A stretch of 64,000 bases of DNA from a plasmid. Shown in pieces: positions 27,875 through 37,345 of the stretch; the stretch's first letter is position 1, and the number at the start of each line of letters is the position of its first letter. The notes under the pieces were generated by a model that was given only the letters and a program-made list of their open reading frames with translations, was not told the origin of the DNA and did not search any database. The translations under genes were made by a program, and so were the position numbers. The DNA is taken from sequence record NZ_CP033968.1. The stretch is one strand, 5' to 3'.

Positions 27875-28204
27875 TTAAGGCAATGTCTCTCCGGCGATGC
27901 GAGCACGCTGCACACCGGCATGGGAGACGACGTCCATCAGCCACTTGGGTTCATGGAAGCACTCCGCAAGCTCGCCCTGGTTCAACCGCATGACAGTGCC
28001 GACATCGGTGACAGCGACCGCAAAAGTCTTCTCGCCGCGCGTCTCGAACCCGGCAACCACTGCGTTCCCCATCCTGCGGCCGTCGCGCGTGCAAAGTTGG
28101 GCTCCGCGTTGCATGTAGCCTTCAGCCAATCCGATTGCCCAATGCGGGCGTAGGGCCAATTCGGTGAGCTCCTCGAGGTTATCGAGCGTCGTTTCTTCGT
28201 TCAT
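27875..28204 (-). CDS. hypothetical protein (109 aa)
   Basis: AAGGATGAA upstream of MNEETTLDN; co-directional just upstream of the ParB-like gene. Confidence 0.45.
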   Translation of the reverse strand: MNEETTLDNLEELTELALRPHWAIGLAEGYMQRGAQLCTRDGRRMGNAVVAGFETRGEKTFAVAVTDVGTVMRLNQGELAECFHEPKWLMDVVSHAGVQRARIAGETLP

Positions 28205-28276
28205 GGATTCATCCTTGTAAGGTTGTCTCGGCACCCTGAAATGAGTTACACGCAACGCGAAGCCTGTTCGATCGAT

Positions 28277-29056
28277 TCAGGGATTGAGCCATGACCAGGA
28301 CTGCTGCTCTTTGTCCAGTCGAGTTGTGTCCCAGTGCAAATCGCGGCTGGTCGGTCGAACATCGATGGCCGCCGCCAGGGCGACGGTGTCCAAGAGTTCG
28401 GCATCGGAAGTCCGAGGGGAACCGGGCGCAGTCGCGATTGAGATCTGTCCGGCGACCCGAATGAACCGTCCGCCTGGCCCGGAGGGCTCTTCGTCTATGG
28501 TGAGGTGCGACACCTCGCCATCGAAAATGGCCAGCCCACGCCGCATGGCGTCCTGGGCGAGGGGATTCGTCTGCACAAAGAAGCGACCGAGCAAGTCCGC
28601 CGCCCCGACGCATGTACCCACGATAGGTACATATTTGGCAAAGCATGCCTCTCGAACATGCCAGTCGCGAAGAGTTGGTGCCTCTCCGGTCTTCGACGAC
28701 CAGATGAGATGGCAACTGCGCAGGAGGGTTGGCGGCAGGCCTTGGTCCCGTTCTGGGTAGTGCCAATGTCCGTCTGACGGCGACTTGGCTCGCGGCACCT
28801 CCCTGTCCACGCGGAACGCCAAGAGCTCGAGCGAGGAGGTGCTGGAGATGTCGTAGATACGGCAAAGTCGTTGGCCTTCATCGCGAACATCCTCCAGCAC
28901 AGTCTCATTTGGCCATTGGAACTTCGGACCATCCAGCAGCAGCTTGCCACCGTGCCAGTAGGAGAAGCTGACTTCCAGGTCGTGGAACCAGCCGAGCTCT
29001 AGGGCGCGCTCCTGTACCTGGATGATTGACTGGGTCCGCAAAGGAGTGTTCGACAT
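28277..29056 (-). CDS. hypothetical protein (259 aa)
   Basis: First gene of a three-gene minus-strand unit with 27875-28204 and the ParB-like gene. Confidence 0.45.
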   Translation of the reverse strand: MSNTPLRTQSIIQVQERALELGWFHDLEVSFSYWHGGKLLLDGPKFQWPNETVLEDVRDEGQRLCRIYDISSTSSLELLAFRVDREVPRAKSPSDGHWHYPERDQGLPPTLLRSCHLIWSSKTGEAPTLRDWHVREACFAKYVPIVGTCVGAADLLGRFFVQTNPLAQDAMRRGLAIFDGEVSHLTIDEEPSGPGGRFIRVAGQISIATAPGSPRTSDAELLDTVALAAAIDVRPTSRDLHWDTTRLDKEQQSWSWLNP

Positions 29057-29214
29057 TTCTGATCCTGGACGTTTGCCGATTCTTTACGGCAACTTTGGAA
29101 AACATAACAGGTAGGTATAATACACATGCGTCGATCAGGATGCACTTGTCTCGGCGAAACAACAGCGAGCGTGGAGCTCGTGCCGGCCACGAAACCTACG
29201 GAAGGAAACGCGAA

Positions 29215-30084
29215 ATGGAGATTGAAAAGGGAACGTTCGAGGACATCGTGAGGAAGATGATGGCGAATCTCGATGGACAGCATCAGCCAGAGCTCGCCGG
29301 GACGAGCGGGACCACGCGGCCCGCCTGCGGCCAATTCACCGATTCGATGGCAGCGTCGGCTCTTGCAGCGGCGCTGTCGGAGCATGGTTTTACCATCAAC
29401 GAGGGCTCACCTGAGGATGGCCAGGTGCTCGGGGATGAGGACTTCAAGGACATCGAAGAAGACCTGCGACGCGAGGAAGCGAGGATCTATCGGATCACGC
29501 ACACGTATGACATCGGCAACCAGGACGTCTATGTTGAGCACCCGACGGGTGACGTCGACGGTAAGCGGGTGGCGCTGTACTGCTGGTTCAAGGCGTCAGA
29601 GTGGTTCGGGAGCGCGGCAATTGTGTCAAACCTTGGCATCGCCGCCGCCATGGTAAGCCTGTACGGCTTCAGACACTGTGCGACCCGTCATTTCTGCACA
29701 ACGGTCGATCTATACGCAGACGCTGAGGGGTACCCCGACTACCAGTCTCTGATGGCGGACGCGTCTCTGCATCGTGAGGGTTTGCGCCATGCCTTGGCTC
29801 CGCATCTTGATGGCGTTCGCCCCGAGTGCACGATTGAGAATGCCGCCGTGCTCGATTCCGCCCAGTATCGGGAGATGCCCGATGAAATGCTGACCGCTCA
29901 GGACTTAGTGCAACAAGGAGCGGTTCACGCTGTCAGTTTTCTCCTGCAGCACGGTTGCAACAAAGCGACCGCAAATCAGATGCTGGAGTCACTGCGGGCC
30001 AACGCGGGGCACATCCGCGAGGAAGCTGCCCGAAGAGGAAAGGCCCTCTTCAAGCAGGACCAGGTGGCTTCACTGGAGAACTAA
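29215..30084 (+). CDS. hypothetical acidic protein
   Basis: GGAAGGA upstream of MEIEKG; divergent from 28277-29056. Confidence 0.5.
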   Translation: MEIEKGTFEDIVRKMMANLDGQHQPELAGTSGTTRPACGQFTDSMAASALAAALSEHGFTINEGSPEDGQVLGDEDFKDIEEDLRREEARIYRITHTYDIGNQDVYVEHPTGDVDGKRVALYCWFKASEWFGSAAIVSNLGIAAAMVSLYGFRHCATRHFCTTVDLYADAEGYPDYQSLMADASLHREGLRHALAPHLDGVRPECTIENAAVLDSAQYREMPDEMLTAQDLVQQGAVHAVSFLLQHGCNKATANQMLESLRANAGHIREEAARRGKALFKQDQVASLEN

Positions 30085-30128
30085 GAATCCTTGCCCGCGC
30101 GGGAATCTTGGCACGATGACTGGTGCGA

Positions 30129-30656
30129 CTACACCAGCAGGGCTACTAGCGCGATCGCCACAAAGCCGGCGCACAAGAGGTACTGCCGGCTTTTTGGGCT
30201 GATTTTGATCCCGCGTCGTACGATGAAATGCTCAATGATGGTCCATCCGTCCAGGGGCGGCAGCGGGATCAGATTTGTCGCCAGGAGAACGAAAGAACCC
30301 TTGGCGCAGAGCCCCACCAGCCATAGCGGGTATATGGCGTCGACAAGATAGAACGCTATGCCGGTTACCAGGGACATCGCCGGGCCAGCCGCAGCGACGA
30401 TCGCGCGCTTGTCGGAGGGCGACTGCTCATAGTGTTTGCTCGCCACAAAGGCCCACAGGGGCACAAGGCCGAACTCGATCGGAACTTTCTTGATGGTGAT
30501 TGTGAACAGCTTCACGCCACCAATTACAACCTTGTCGGGGCGAATGCCGACCCTCTTCATGGCCAGGAGATGGCCGTACTCGTGGATACCCAGCAGCACG
30601 ACCAGCAAGTGCCACATGATGTACGCGGCGAGGAAGAGTAGGAACGCGGTCTGCAT
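30129..30656 (-). CDS. minimal M50-family (site-2 protease-like) membrane metalloprotease
   Basis: HEYGH zinc motif inside a TM helix plus NLIPLPPLDG (the LDG motif); four TM helices; 175 aa. Confidence 0.65.
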   Translation of the reverse strand: MQTAFLLFLAAYIMWHLLVVLLGIHEYGHLLAMKRVGIRPDKVVIGGVKLFTITIKKVPIEFGLVPLWAFVASKHYEQSPSDKRAIVAAAGPAMSLVTGIAFYLVDAIYPLWLVGLCAKGSFVLLATNLIPLPPLDGWTIIEHFIVRRGIKISPKSRQYLLCAGFVAIALVALLV

Positions 30657-30798
30657 GAGTCAATAGGTAGTTGGTGGCCCGGTGGGTCCTAGCGTTGGAC
30701 CCGATTATATCCGACTGATACGCGGTTCGTATCTATACGTGTTAATCGTTGGATGTGCGACATAACGGTAGGGCCAAGCCAACGCATCGTGCGAAGGC

Positions 30799-31077
30799 GT
30801 GCTTTTTCTCAAAGGCGCCACTGCCGGTGCCGAGCCCCTTGGAGATGACCCCATGATCCTATCTGCATACACCGTCGATACCACCCCCGTCGGCTTCACG
30901 CCATGCTGGTGGCCGGCCACTTCTTTGGGAGCAGCAACGACTGTGGCGAAATCGCTCTCTGAACGGTTGGGTGAGGATGAAAGGTACCCGAATCCCTTCT
31001 GGGTCATCGACGCTGACAACGCCCCCGTGTGCAAGTTCTACCGTGGTAAGAAGTACGCACCGAGCGAATCTGTTTAA
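30799..31077 (+). CDS. hypothetical small protein
   Basis: 92-aa ORF; terminator CCGTCGGCATCTCTGATGCCGACGGTTTTTGC follows. Confidence 0.4.
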   Translation: MLFLKGATAGAEPLGDDPMILSAYTVDTTPVGFTPCWWPATSLGAATTVAKSLSERLGEDERYPNPFWVIDADNAPVCKFYRGKKYAPSESV

Positions 31078-31259
31078 CCTCATCGTCCGTCGGCATCTCT
31101 GATGCCGACGGTTTTTGCTTTCTTGGGCTTGGGCGTTGCCTGGCGCCAACGCTCAATGGGTTCCGGGCGTGTGCCTTCTGGCTGAAGAACTCATGGCGGT
31201 TGAATGTCAGGCCGCATACAATTAGTATCTGATCATCACATAACGCGTATGCATACCCT

Positions 31260-32468
31260 ATGACGTACAGAACAAACGCTACCCGGATGCTGGCCGGCGC
31301 CGGCGCTGCGATACTCCTGCTTGCTTCAGGTGCGGCGGGCGCGGACCCTCATTCCGATGGATTGGCCTTTGGCAAGGGGCAACTGGGCGGTTTGAACGAC
31401 AAGGTGAACCCCCAGAATGCACAGGACCTGCCGTTCTACACTAACAATCCTCCGCAGGCAGGTGGGTTTGGGGGGCCATCGCTGTTCAGCCTGGGGGTGG
31501 GGCGGATTACAACCTGCAAAACGGCCGAACATGGACCGGATTCGGTCGCCAATCAGGAATGCGACGCGGTGAACTTTCTGGCGAAGAATCCCCAGGACCG
31601 GGTCAAGATCCCTGTCAACCCGAACGACCCAATCATCAAGGGCATCGGGGATACGATCAACAACGCCAAGCCCGGCAATGTTACGGACAGTGGTTGCTAC
31701 CCGAAGACCACCACCACGCCGGCGCAGCATGAGACGGAAGTCTGCAACGAGTACCTCGTAACCGAGGATAAGCAGTGCACGATGGGGCAGGTGGTGGAAG
31801 TGGATGCGAAGTCGAACTACCAGTGCAACATCACGAAGAATTCGACATACCTGACCAACTGCGACAAGGTCCTGATCGTCCAATGCGGCGGGGGCTACTG
31901 CGACACCGGTGGTATTTTGCCGCTGACGGTTTCGGCGACGACGGGTAGTGCAAACATTCGGTACGAGGCGCCGTACTTGTGGATCACCCATAACTATCAG
32001 ACGCAGTATTGGGTAGAGTCATCCACGTTCGCCTTCAATATTCGGAATGTTAGCGAGGTTAAAACCTTTCTGTGGGAGTACACCTACGTCGATAATTGGA
32101 TCTGGATTGCGATCAACGGGCAAAAGGTCGGCGTCCGAGCGAACAACGGAACACCCGCACAAGCTCAGTATGCCGATAAATTTGAACTCGGCTACTATAT
32201 AAACGACCAAAACAACGCGCAATATCCCGACGGGACTATCGATCTTGGGGCGGGTGGAGTATGGGGCGTTGAGCGACCGAACAACTTTGAGATTGCGGAG
32301 AACGTTGATTTGAAGCCATATCTCCGAAACGGCACCAATGTGATTGAGTTCAAGTTGGCCAACGGCGCAGGACCAGGCAACGGGAATATCCGAATTAATG
32401 CGCAGCAATATTGCCCATGCACAGAGTATTGGGAAAATCAATGCACTTTGCTTGAGCAAAAATCATAA
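31260..32468 (+). CDS. secreted Cys-rich protein of unknown function
   Basis: Signal peptide MLAGAGAAILLLASGAAGA; about 16 Cys residues; 402 aa. Confidence 0.55.
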   Translation: MTYRTNATRMLAGAGAAILLLASGAAGADPHSDGLAFGKGQLGGLNDKVNPQNAQDLPFYTNNPPQAGGFGGPSLFSLGVGRITTCKTAEHGPDSVANQECDAVNFLAKNPQDRVKIPVNPNDPIIKGIGDTINNAKPGNVTDSGCYPKTTTTPAQHETEVCNEYLVTEDKQCTMGQVVEVDAKSNYQCNITKNSTYLTNCDKVLIVQCGGGYCDTGGILPLTVSATTGSANIRYEAPYLWITHNYQTQYWVESSTFAFNIRNVSEVKTFLWEYTYVDNWIWIAINGQKVGVRANNGTPAQAQYADKFELGYYINDQNNAQYPDGTIDLGAGGVWGVERPNNFEIAENVDLKPYLRNGTNVIEFKLANGAGPGNGNIRINAQQYCPCTEYWENQCTLLEQKS

Positions 32469-32485
32469 TAAATTTGTGTTTTGTG

Positions 32486-32529
32486 TCGCGCCATTAAGGT
32501 CGGTACGTCGCGCCATTAAGGTCGGTACG
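32486..32529 (+). repeat. 22-bp direct tandem repeat (2 copies) with an inverted partner at 32569-32582
   Basis: TCGCGCCATTAAGGTCGGTACG twice; CGTACCGACCTTAT downstream is its reverse complement. Confidence 0.9.
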
Positions 32530-32835
32530 CGGGGCTTTCAATCGCCCGCAAAGCCTTGCTGGAGGCGGCCGTACCGACCTTATCCATTTGTTGTTGCCGA
32601 TTATTTGCCACGGATAACGACAAAAATATCATGAATTCTAATTGTCATTGTTGGTACAGATTGGCGCATTCGAGTGCTGACATCATCAAAACCTGATGTG
32701 GGCCGTTTGCCGTTCGCTGACTAGTCCCTGCGCGGTGCTTTTGGCGCTTCCAGACAAATGTGCTGCATAACGTGAGGGCCAAGCTGATTGGACAACCGGC
32801 GCTTGGCGATCAAGGCAAATAGAGGAGAGCAAGCT

Positions 32836-33048
32836 ATGATTGGAACACCGGTACTGCAGCGCAAGCCGATCATCATTCAACGATGGGCGGACGAATCCAC
32901 CGCAAGCAGCATCCCCAGGAAGGACGCGGCATACATCCTTCGCGCGAACCGGAAGCAGCTCGGCAGGGCGCGTGTCGTGCGAACCCGGCTTAACGGGCGA
33001 ATCGAGATCCGTGGCTATGGGCGCACCATGATTCTGTGTCGGCTCTAG
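32836..33048 (+). CDS. hypothetical small basic protein
   Basis: GGAGAG upstream of MIGTPVLQRK; 70 aa. Confidence 0.35.
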   Translation: MIGTPVLQRKPIIIQRWADESTASSIPRKDAAYILRANRKQLGRARVVRTRLNGRIEIRGYGRTMILCRL

Positions 33049-33245
33049 CGCAGGGGGCAGATCTCTCGGTGCAATTGCGATCGAGCGTTTCCCTGAGAAC
33101 GAGTATCAAGGCCCTCCGAGTACTTCGGATGGCCTTTTTTGTTGTCTGTGGTTGAACCGAGAGGGCTTGCGCTTCCCGTTGGGCGTTGCGCATATCTCCA
33201 TGTCCGGCCAATCCAATGGCTTTCCTCAGACTGGAGAACCCACTC

Positions 33246-33833
33246 ATGAACAACGCACGAAGCGAACTTGCACAAGCCGTCTCGCTGTACCACCTTGCAG
33301 ATCGAGCCCTGCACCTGCACTGTCGGTCCTGGCTGGCCTTGTCATCCTCCTTGCTGCCGGCGATCGAGCGGTTCTGGGCCGCGGAGCGCGTAGCTTTGCG
33401 TCCGGACTGGATTCCGGTTCAGGTGCGGGAGGAGGGTGAGTCAGCTCTTCGGCTTTGCAATGCTGCACAAGACCGGAAGGAGCGCCTAGCGGCAGTGCGA
33501 TTGGAGCGCCTCAGGGAGGTGTTCCGCGCCCTAGGGAGCTACTACGGTGCGATGATGGCTCGAGATGCAACAGGCAGCCTTGTCAGCCGATTCCAGCGGC
33601 ACCTGCGAGATGCATTGCGGGAGCGGCAGGAGAACGCCGATCGCGTGAAGGTCCGCCTTCGCGCAGTGACTGACGTCGAGCCGTTCGAAATGATGATCAC
33701 TTGGTCCCGCGCGCTTGGCTATCGCTCGCCGCGGGATTTCTTCGTGGATCTTCGGATCGAACTGGACATCCGCAGCGGCATCGAGCCGGTCGCTCTTGAA
33801 CAGGCAGCTCGCCTCGGGGTAATCGCGGCATAA
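33246..33833 (+). CDS. hypothetical protein
   Basis: ORF from MNNARSEL. Confidence 0.4.
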   Translation: MNNARSELAQAVSLYHLADRALHLHCRSWLALSSSLLPAIERFWAAERVALRPDWIPVQVREEGESALRLCNAAQDRKERLAAVRLERLREVFRALGSYYGAMMARDATGSLVSRFQRHLRDALRERQENADRVKVRLRAVTDVEPFEMMITWSRALGYRSPRDFFVDLRIELDIRSGIEPVALEQAARLGVIAA

Positions 33834-33942
33834 GCCCATCCCCATTCAACCGTCCGTGCCGCCCCACATCCATATGGGGCGGCATTCTTATTTGCACCGG
33901 TTCGTCATCTCCCAGTCATCAATGACAACGGGAGATGATCCT

Positions 33943-34692
33943 ATGGCTGGTGTTGTATCTCGACGAGCGTCCAAATCTGTGAAAGCGATCGCGGACGAGC
34001 TCGATGATGGCTATCGCCACCGAATGGCAGAAATGCTGAGGTTCATGCTGAGCGAAATCATGGTTATCTGGGGCTTCCCTGCGTGGGACCCGGTTCCGGA
34101 AGTTGTCCGCGGCAAGATCACCAACGCGATATCGGCCTACGATACGGCGGTTGCAGAAGAAGAGCCGTTCCTCGATCTCCTCGGCCCGCTCTACCAGGAG
34201 CTCTCGAGCCGTGGTGGCAAGCAGCAGCTCGGGCAGTTCTTCACGCCGTGGAACCTTGCAAAGCTGATGGCTCATTTGACTATTCCACCCGATCCCCAGG
34301 AGGACACAAGCGGCAGGCTTATCGCAACCTGTGATCCCACCTGTGGCAGCGGGGTGCTGATGCTCGCGGCAGCGAGTGCTGTCCTCGAGAAGGAAGGCGC
34401 CGCGGCTCTCCGGAAGTGGAGTTTCCATGGGTGCGACGTTGATCCGATCTGCGCGCGGATGATGGCCATTCAGTTCCTCGCGAACTGTGCGAGCCATCGC
34501 ATCGAGGTTGGTGAGGTGGTCGTGTTCCGGGGGGATAGTTTGAACCTCCAAGTGAAAAAGGAGCTGATCACGCACGCGAGTGCCCCGGGTCTGGCCGTCA
34601 TGCCAGCGAATGCACCAGGGCGACAAAAGCTGCTCGCGGACACCGCCCGCGGCGCCGGCGTGACGCCTGTCACCGCGGATTCCATGGAGTAA
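33943..34692 (+). CDS. SAM-dependent MTase-like protein, with N6-MTase motifs X and I but no motif IV
   Basis: GQFFTP (motif X) and ATCDPTCGSGVLM (motif I) present; no NPPF/NPPY anywhere downstream in any frame; GGGAGA upstream. Confidence 0.45.
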   Translation: MAGVVSRRASKSVKAIADELDDGYRHRMAEMLRFMLSEIMVIWGFPAWDPVPEVVRGKITNAISAYDTAVAEEEPFLDLLGPLYQELSSRGGKQQLGQFFTPWNLAKLMAHLTIPPDPQEDTSGRLIATCDPTCGSGVLMLAAASAVLEKEGAAALRKWSFHGCDVDPICARMMAIQFLANCASHRIEVGEVVVFRGDSLNLQVKKELITHASAPGLAVMPANAPGRQKLLADTARGAGVTPVTADSME

Positions 34693-34696
34693 TGCA

Positions 34697-34945
34697 ATGG
34701 AGCTGCATCCAACGGTACGAGACGGCCTGACCAACGCAGCGCAAGGTTGGCGGGAACAAGAGGAGCTGTACAGGCAGAAGAGTGCCAATGAAGGTGGCAA
34801 TCCCGCGGCACTGGCCATGGCCAAGGTCTGCGCGGACGCTGCCACAAGTCTGGAAATGCAAGCACAGGACGGAGTTCCCAGGTGCGCATGCTGTCTGAAG
34901 CCGATATGGACGGATCTCGATCTCCGCCCATACTGGAAACGATAG
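34697..34945 (+). CDS. hypothetical small protein
   Basis: 82-aa ORF 5 nt after the previous gene; CACCLKPIW. Confidence 0.35.
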   Translation: MELHPTVRDGLTNAAQGWREQEELYRQKSANEGGNPAALAMAKVCADAATSLEMQAQDGVPRCACCLKPIWTDLDLRPYWKR

Positions 34946-35111
34946 CTGATCTGCAACCCTCACGACCACCTCTAGAGGTGGTCGTTTCTTTTTGGGGTGT
35001 CGCCGTGCTTCCGTGTCTTGCTTCTCGCCTTGAACGGTATCCCCCAAAGCCGCTGTACACCTTCCTGTGCCACATCTCAGGCGTGATAGACAACCTCACA
35101 GGAGAGAACTC

Positions 35112-36197
35112 ATGGAAACAGTTTCGGAAGTCAGTGTGTTCGGAGTACTGCTGGCACTGCCGGGCTGGCTGCAGGAACGACTGTCCCAGGTCGAACGGCT
35201 GGAGGGCCGTGGCAACGCTTTGAGCTCCTCGGAGCCCAAAGCGGTTTGGCACCAGTTGAGTATGGACGGCGTGGCCCTGCTGGAAGGGGGCGCAGTAATC
35301 AGAGCCGTCGTGCTGGGTGCCGATCCCGCCAGTTTTGAGGGTGTGGCCATCGTGTTCATTGAAGGCGGCGCGGTGGATCGGATCGTCGTGCGGGGGAACT
35401 CCATCCAGGGCGTGCACTTTGAGGAGGCTGCCTATGTGGCGTTGGCCGAGTACCAAAAGTACTTGCCGAAGGCCCGCGCAGTCCCGATCATCAGCACGCT
35501 GTCCCAGCCTCGTGCTTCGACGCCGACGGCCGTCGCTGCATCGCCTGCCTATGTGGCTGAACTGGCGCCCCTGGCGCTGGGTGACTCAGCAGTTGACGCG
35601 AGCATCCGTGCGGCCATGTCAGCCGGCGTTGTCCTGAACTCAGTCGATGCTGACGAGATCAGGACGGCAATGGCCAAGTGCGATGATCTGACCAGGCGAG
35701 CGACGCGGCTGTTGCGCCTAGCGTCGGACCCGATGAGGAAGGGAAACGCGTTCCCCATGGGGGTCGGGTTCACGAAAATGACGAAGCGGGCATCCCAGCG
35801 TATCGACGCCTCTGTCCGACGTGCCGGCGAAGCGAGCGAGTTGCTTCGTCGAGCTGACAGCGCCCGCCGCTACGCGGAAGGCCTGCTGGCCGGGGAGAAC
35901 ACCTTTGCCGCTCGGCAGCGAGCGACCGCGGCGCAGGAAGAACTGCAGCGTCGGGTCGTTGGCGAACTTCTTCGGTGGGCCAAAGGGCGATCCATACTGA
36001 AGTTGGGCGTATTGCGCGTGAACCGCGATGGGGCGGGGTATCCCGTATCCTTTACGGTTTCTGGTGGCAATGTCTCGGCCGGCTTTGGCGACAAAGTTGA
36101 CGTCGTTCGCGCGTTCTTTCGCGGTAACAAAGAGGCGTTTTGCACTCTGGTTGACCAGTTGCGCGGGTCTGAGTTGGCTGGCGTAGGTCCGACCTAA
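35112..36197 (+). CDS. hypothetical protein
   Basis: GGAGAGA upstream of METVSEV; 361 aa; terminator follows. Confidence 0.5.
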   Translation: METVSEVSVFGVLLALPGWLQERLSQVERLEGRGNALSSSEPKAVWHQLSMDGVALLEGGAVIRAVVLGADPASFEGVAIVFIEGGAVDRIVVRGNSIQGVHFEEAAYVALAEYQKYLPKARAVPIISTLSQPRASTPTAVAASPAYVAELAPLALGDSAVDASIRAAMSAGVVLNSVDADEIRTAMAKCDDLTRRATRLLRLASDPMRKGNAFPMGVGFTKMTKRASQRIDASVRRAGEASELLRRADSARRYAEGLLAGENTFAARQRATAAQEELQRRVVGELLRWAKGRSILKLGVLRVNRDGAGYPVSFTVSGGNVSAGFGDKVDVVRAFFRGNKEAFCTLVDQLRGSELAGVGPT

Positions 36198-36346
36198 CTA
36201 CCTGATGGCCACCGTATCCTCTCGATACGGTGCTTCTTTCTTCAAGGTTCGTGCTGTGCGTGCCGTGAACTTGACCAAAGATACAAGTGACATTTGATCA
36301 CGGCTGATTGCCATTACCTTGTACCAAGACAACGTGGAGCACCATC

Positions 36347-36823
36347 GTGAGGAAGATTCTGATTCTGGCAGTTAAGCTTGCAGGAGTACTTCTGTGCGGC
36401 CAGGCATTCGGAGCGTCGATCGACGAAACCGTAGGCATGGTTGCGCAGACTCGCCAGACGACGGTCGCGACCATCAACGGACGCGACGCCGAGATCATCT
36501 ATGTCGGTCGGTTCGGGGACTGTGACTCCGTGGCGGTGCGCTCGGGAAAGCACTATCAGCATTTTCGGGTGTGCAGCGGTAGAGTCCAGGCCCGTAATAC
36601 CGTGGCGCCAAGTTGGGCCGACGATCAGGGCAGCCAGCGAGTTTTGGCTGCAGTGGTTCGGAACGCGATCTTCTACGGCCAGTCTGCGCAAGTGGACGAG
36701 AACGGTTACCTCATTACCGCAAGGACGCTAGGGGCGGTAGAGGCCTCCTGCAAAAACGTTGAGGTCGTCATCAGTTATGATGGAGACCTGGTCGACAGAG
36801 GCCTCAAGCGGATCTGCGGCTGA
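36347..36823 (+). CDS. secreted protein (GTG start)
   Basis: GGAG upstream of GTG; MRKILILAVKLAGVLLCGQAFGA signal peptide; terminator at 36852-36890. Confidence 0.5.
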   Translation: MRKILILAVKLAGVLLCGQAFGASIDETVGMVAQTRQTTVATINGRDAEIIYVGRFGDCDSVAVRSGKHYQHFRVCSGRVQARNTVAPSWADDQGSQRVLAAVVRNAIFYGQSAQVDENGYLITARTLGAVEASCKNVEVVISYDGDLVDRGLKRICG

Positions 36824-36979
36824 TATCCGCTAATTCCAAACCTGGAGTGCCCCTCACCACAACGGTTGAGGGGCATTTTCTTTTTTCCCTCCTCTAGAAC
36901 CCCTTGAGGGCCAGTCAATCTACGCACTCATGTCGAGCATCTCCTCCCTGCAAGAACAACCCTTACAGGAGCAGGCGTT

Positions 36980-37345
36980 ATGGCACAAAAAATTGTACGT
37001 TGGCGTTCCAACTATCGCGGCGAGGCCCGGTTCGACGTCGTTGCTGGACCTCTGGCCGGCGAGACGGTAGCGGTGCGGTTCCTGAAACCGGACTACTACG
37101 AAAAGGACTTCCGTGACAACGCTGGCGGCGTCTTCCTGCCGGACTGGGGGGTCTACACTCGAGAAGTGATGTCATCCGTTGGTATTGTCCGCAGCACGCT
37201 GCATCCCGCGGGTTTGCCGACTGATATCGTGGAAGCCGTGAACGCCGATTTCGACGATCTCCGGGCGTCTTCTGATCCCGGGATCTTCTTCGGCTCCTTC
37301 TTGAACGGTCGCTACGACCCGCAGGTTGGCTGGGTCGCTCACTGA
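36980..37345 (+). CDS. hypothetical protein
   Basis: 121-aa ORF; terminator CCCACCAGGTGACTGCTGTCAACTGGTGGGGTTTTTC follows. Confidence 0.45.
   Translation: MAQKIVRWRSNYRGEARFDVVAGPLAGETVAVRFLKPDYYEKDFRDNAGGVFLPDWGVYTREVMSSVGIVRSTLHPAGLPTDIVEAVNADFDDLRASSDPGIFFGSFLNGRYDPQVGWVAH

Noticed and set aside
32486-32529. Possible CRISPR repeat (22-bp direct repeats)
   Set aside because: Only two contiguous copies with no spacer between them and no further copies; no cas genes. Better explained as an iteron or hairpin element.
33856-33942. Longer start (33856) for the MTase-like gene
   Set aside because: GGGAGA lies 8 nt upstream of the ATG at 33943, and the upstream residues (MPPHIHMGRHSYLH...) look non-native.
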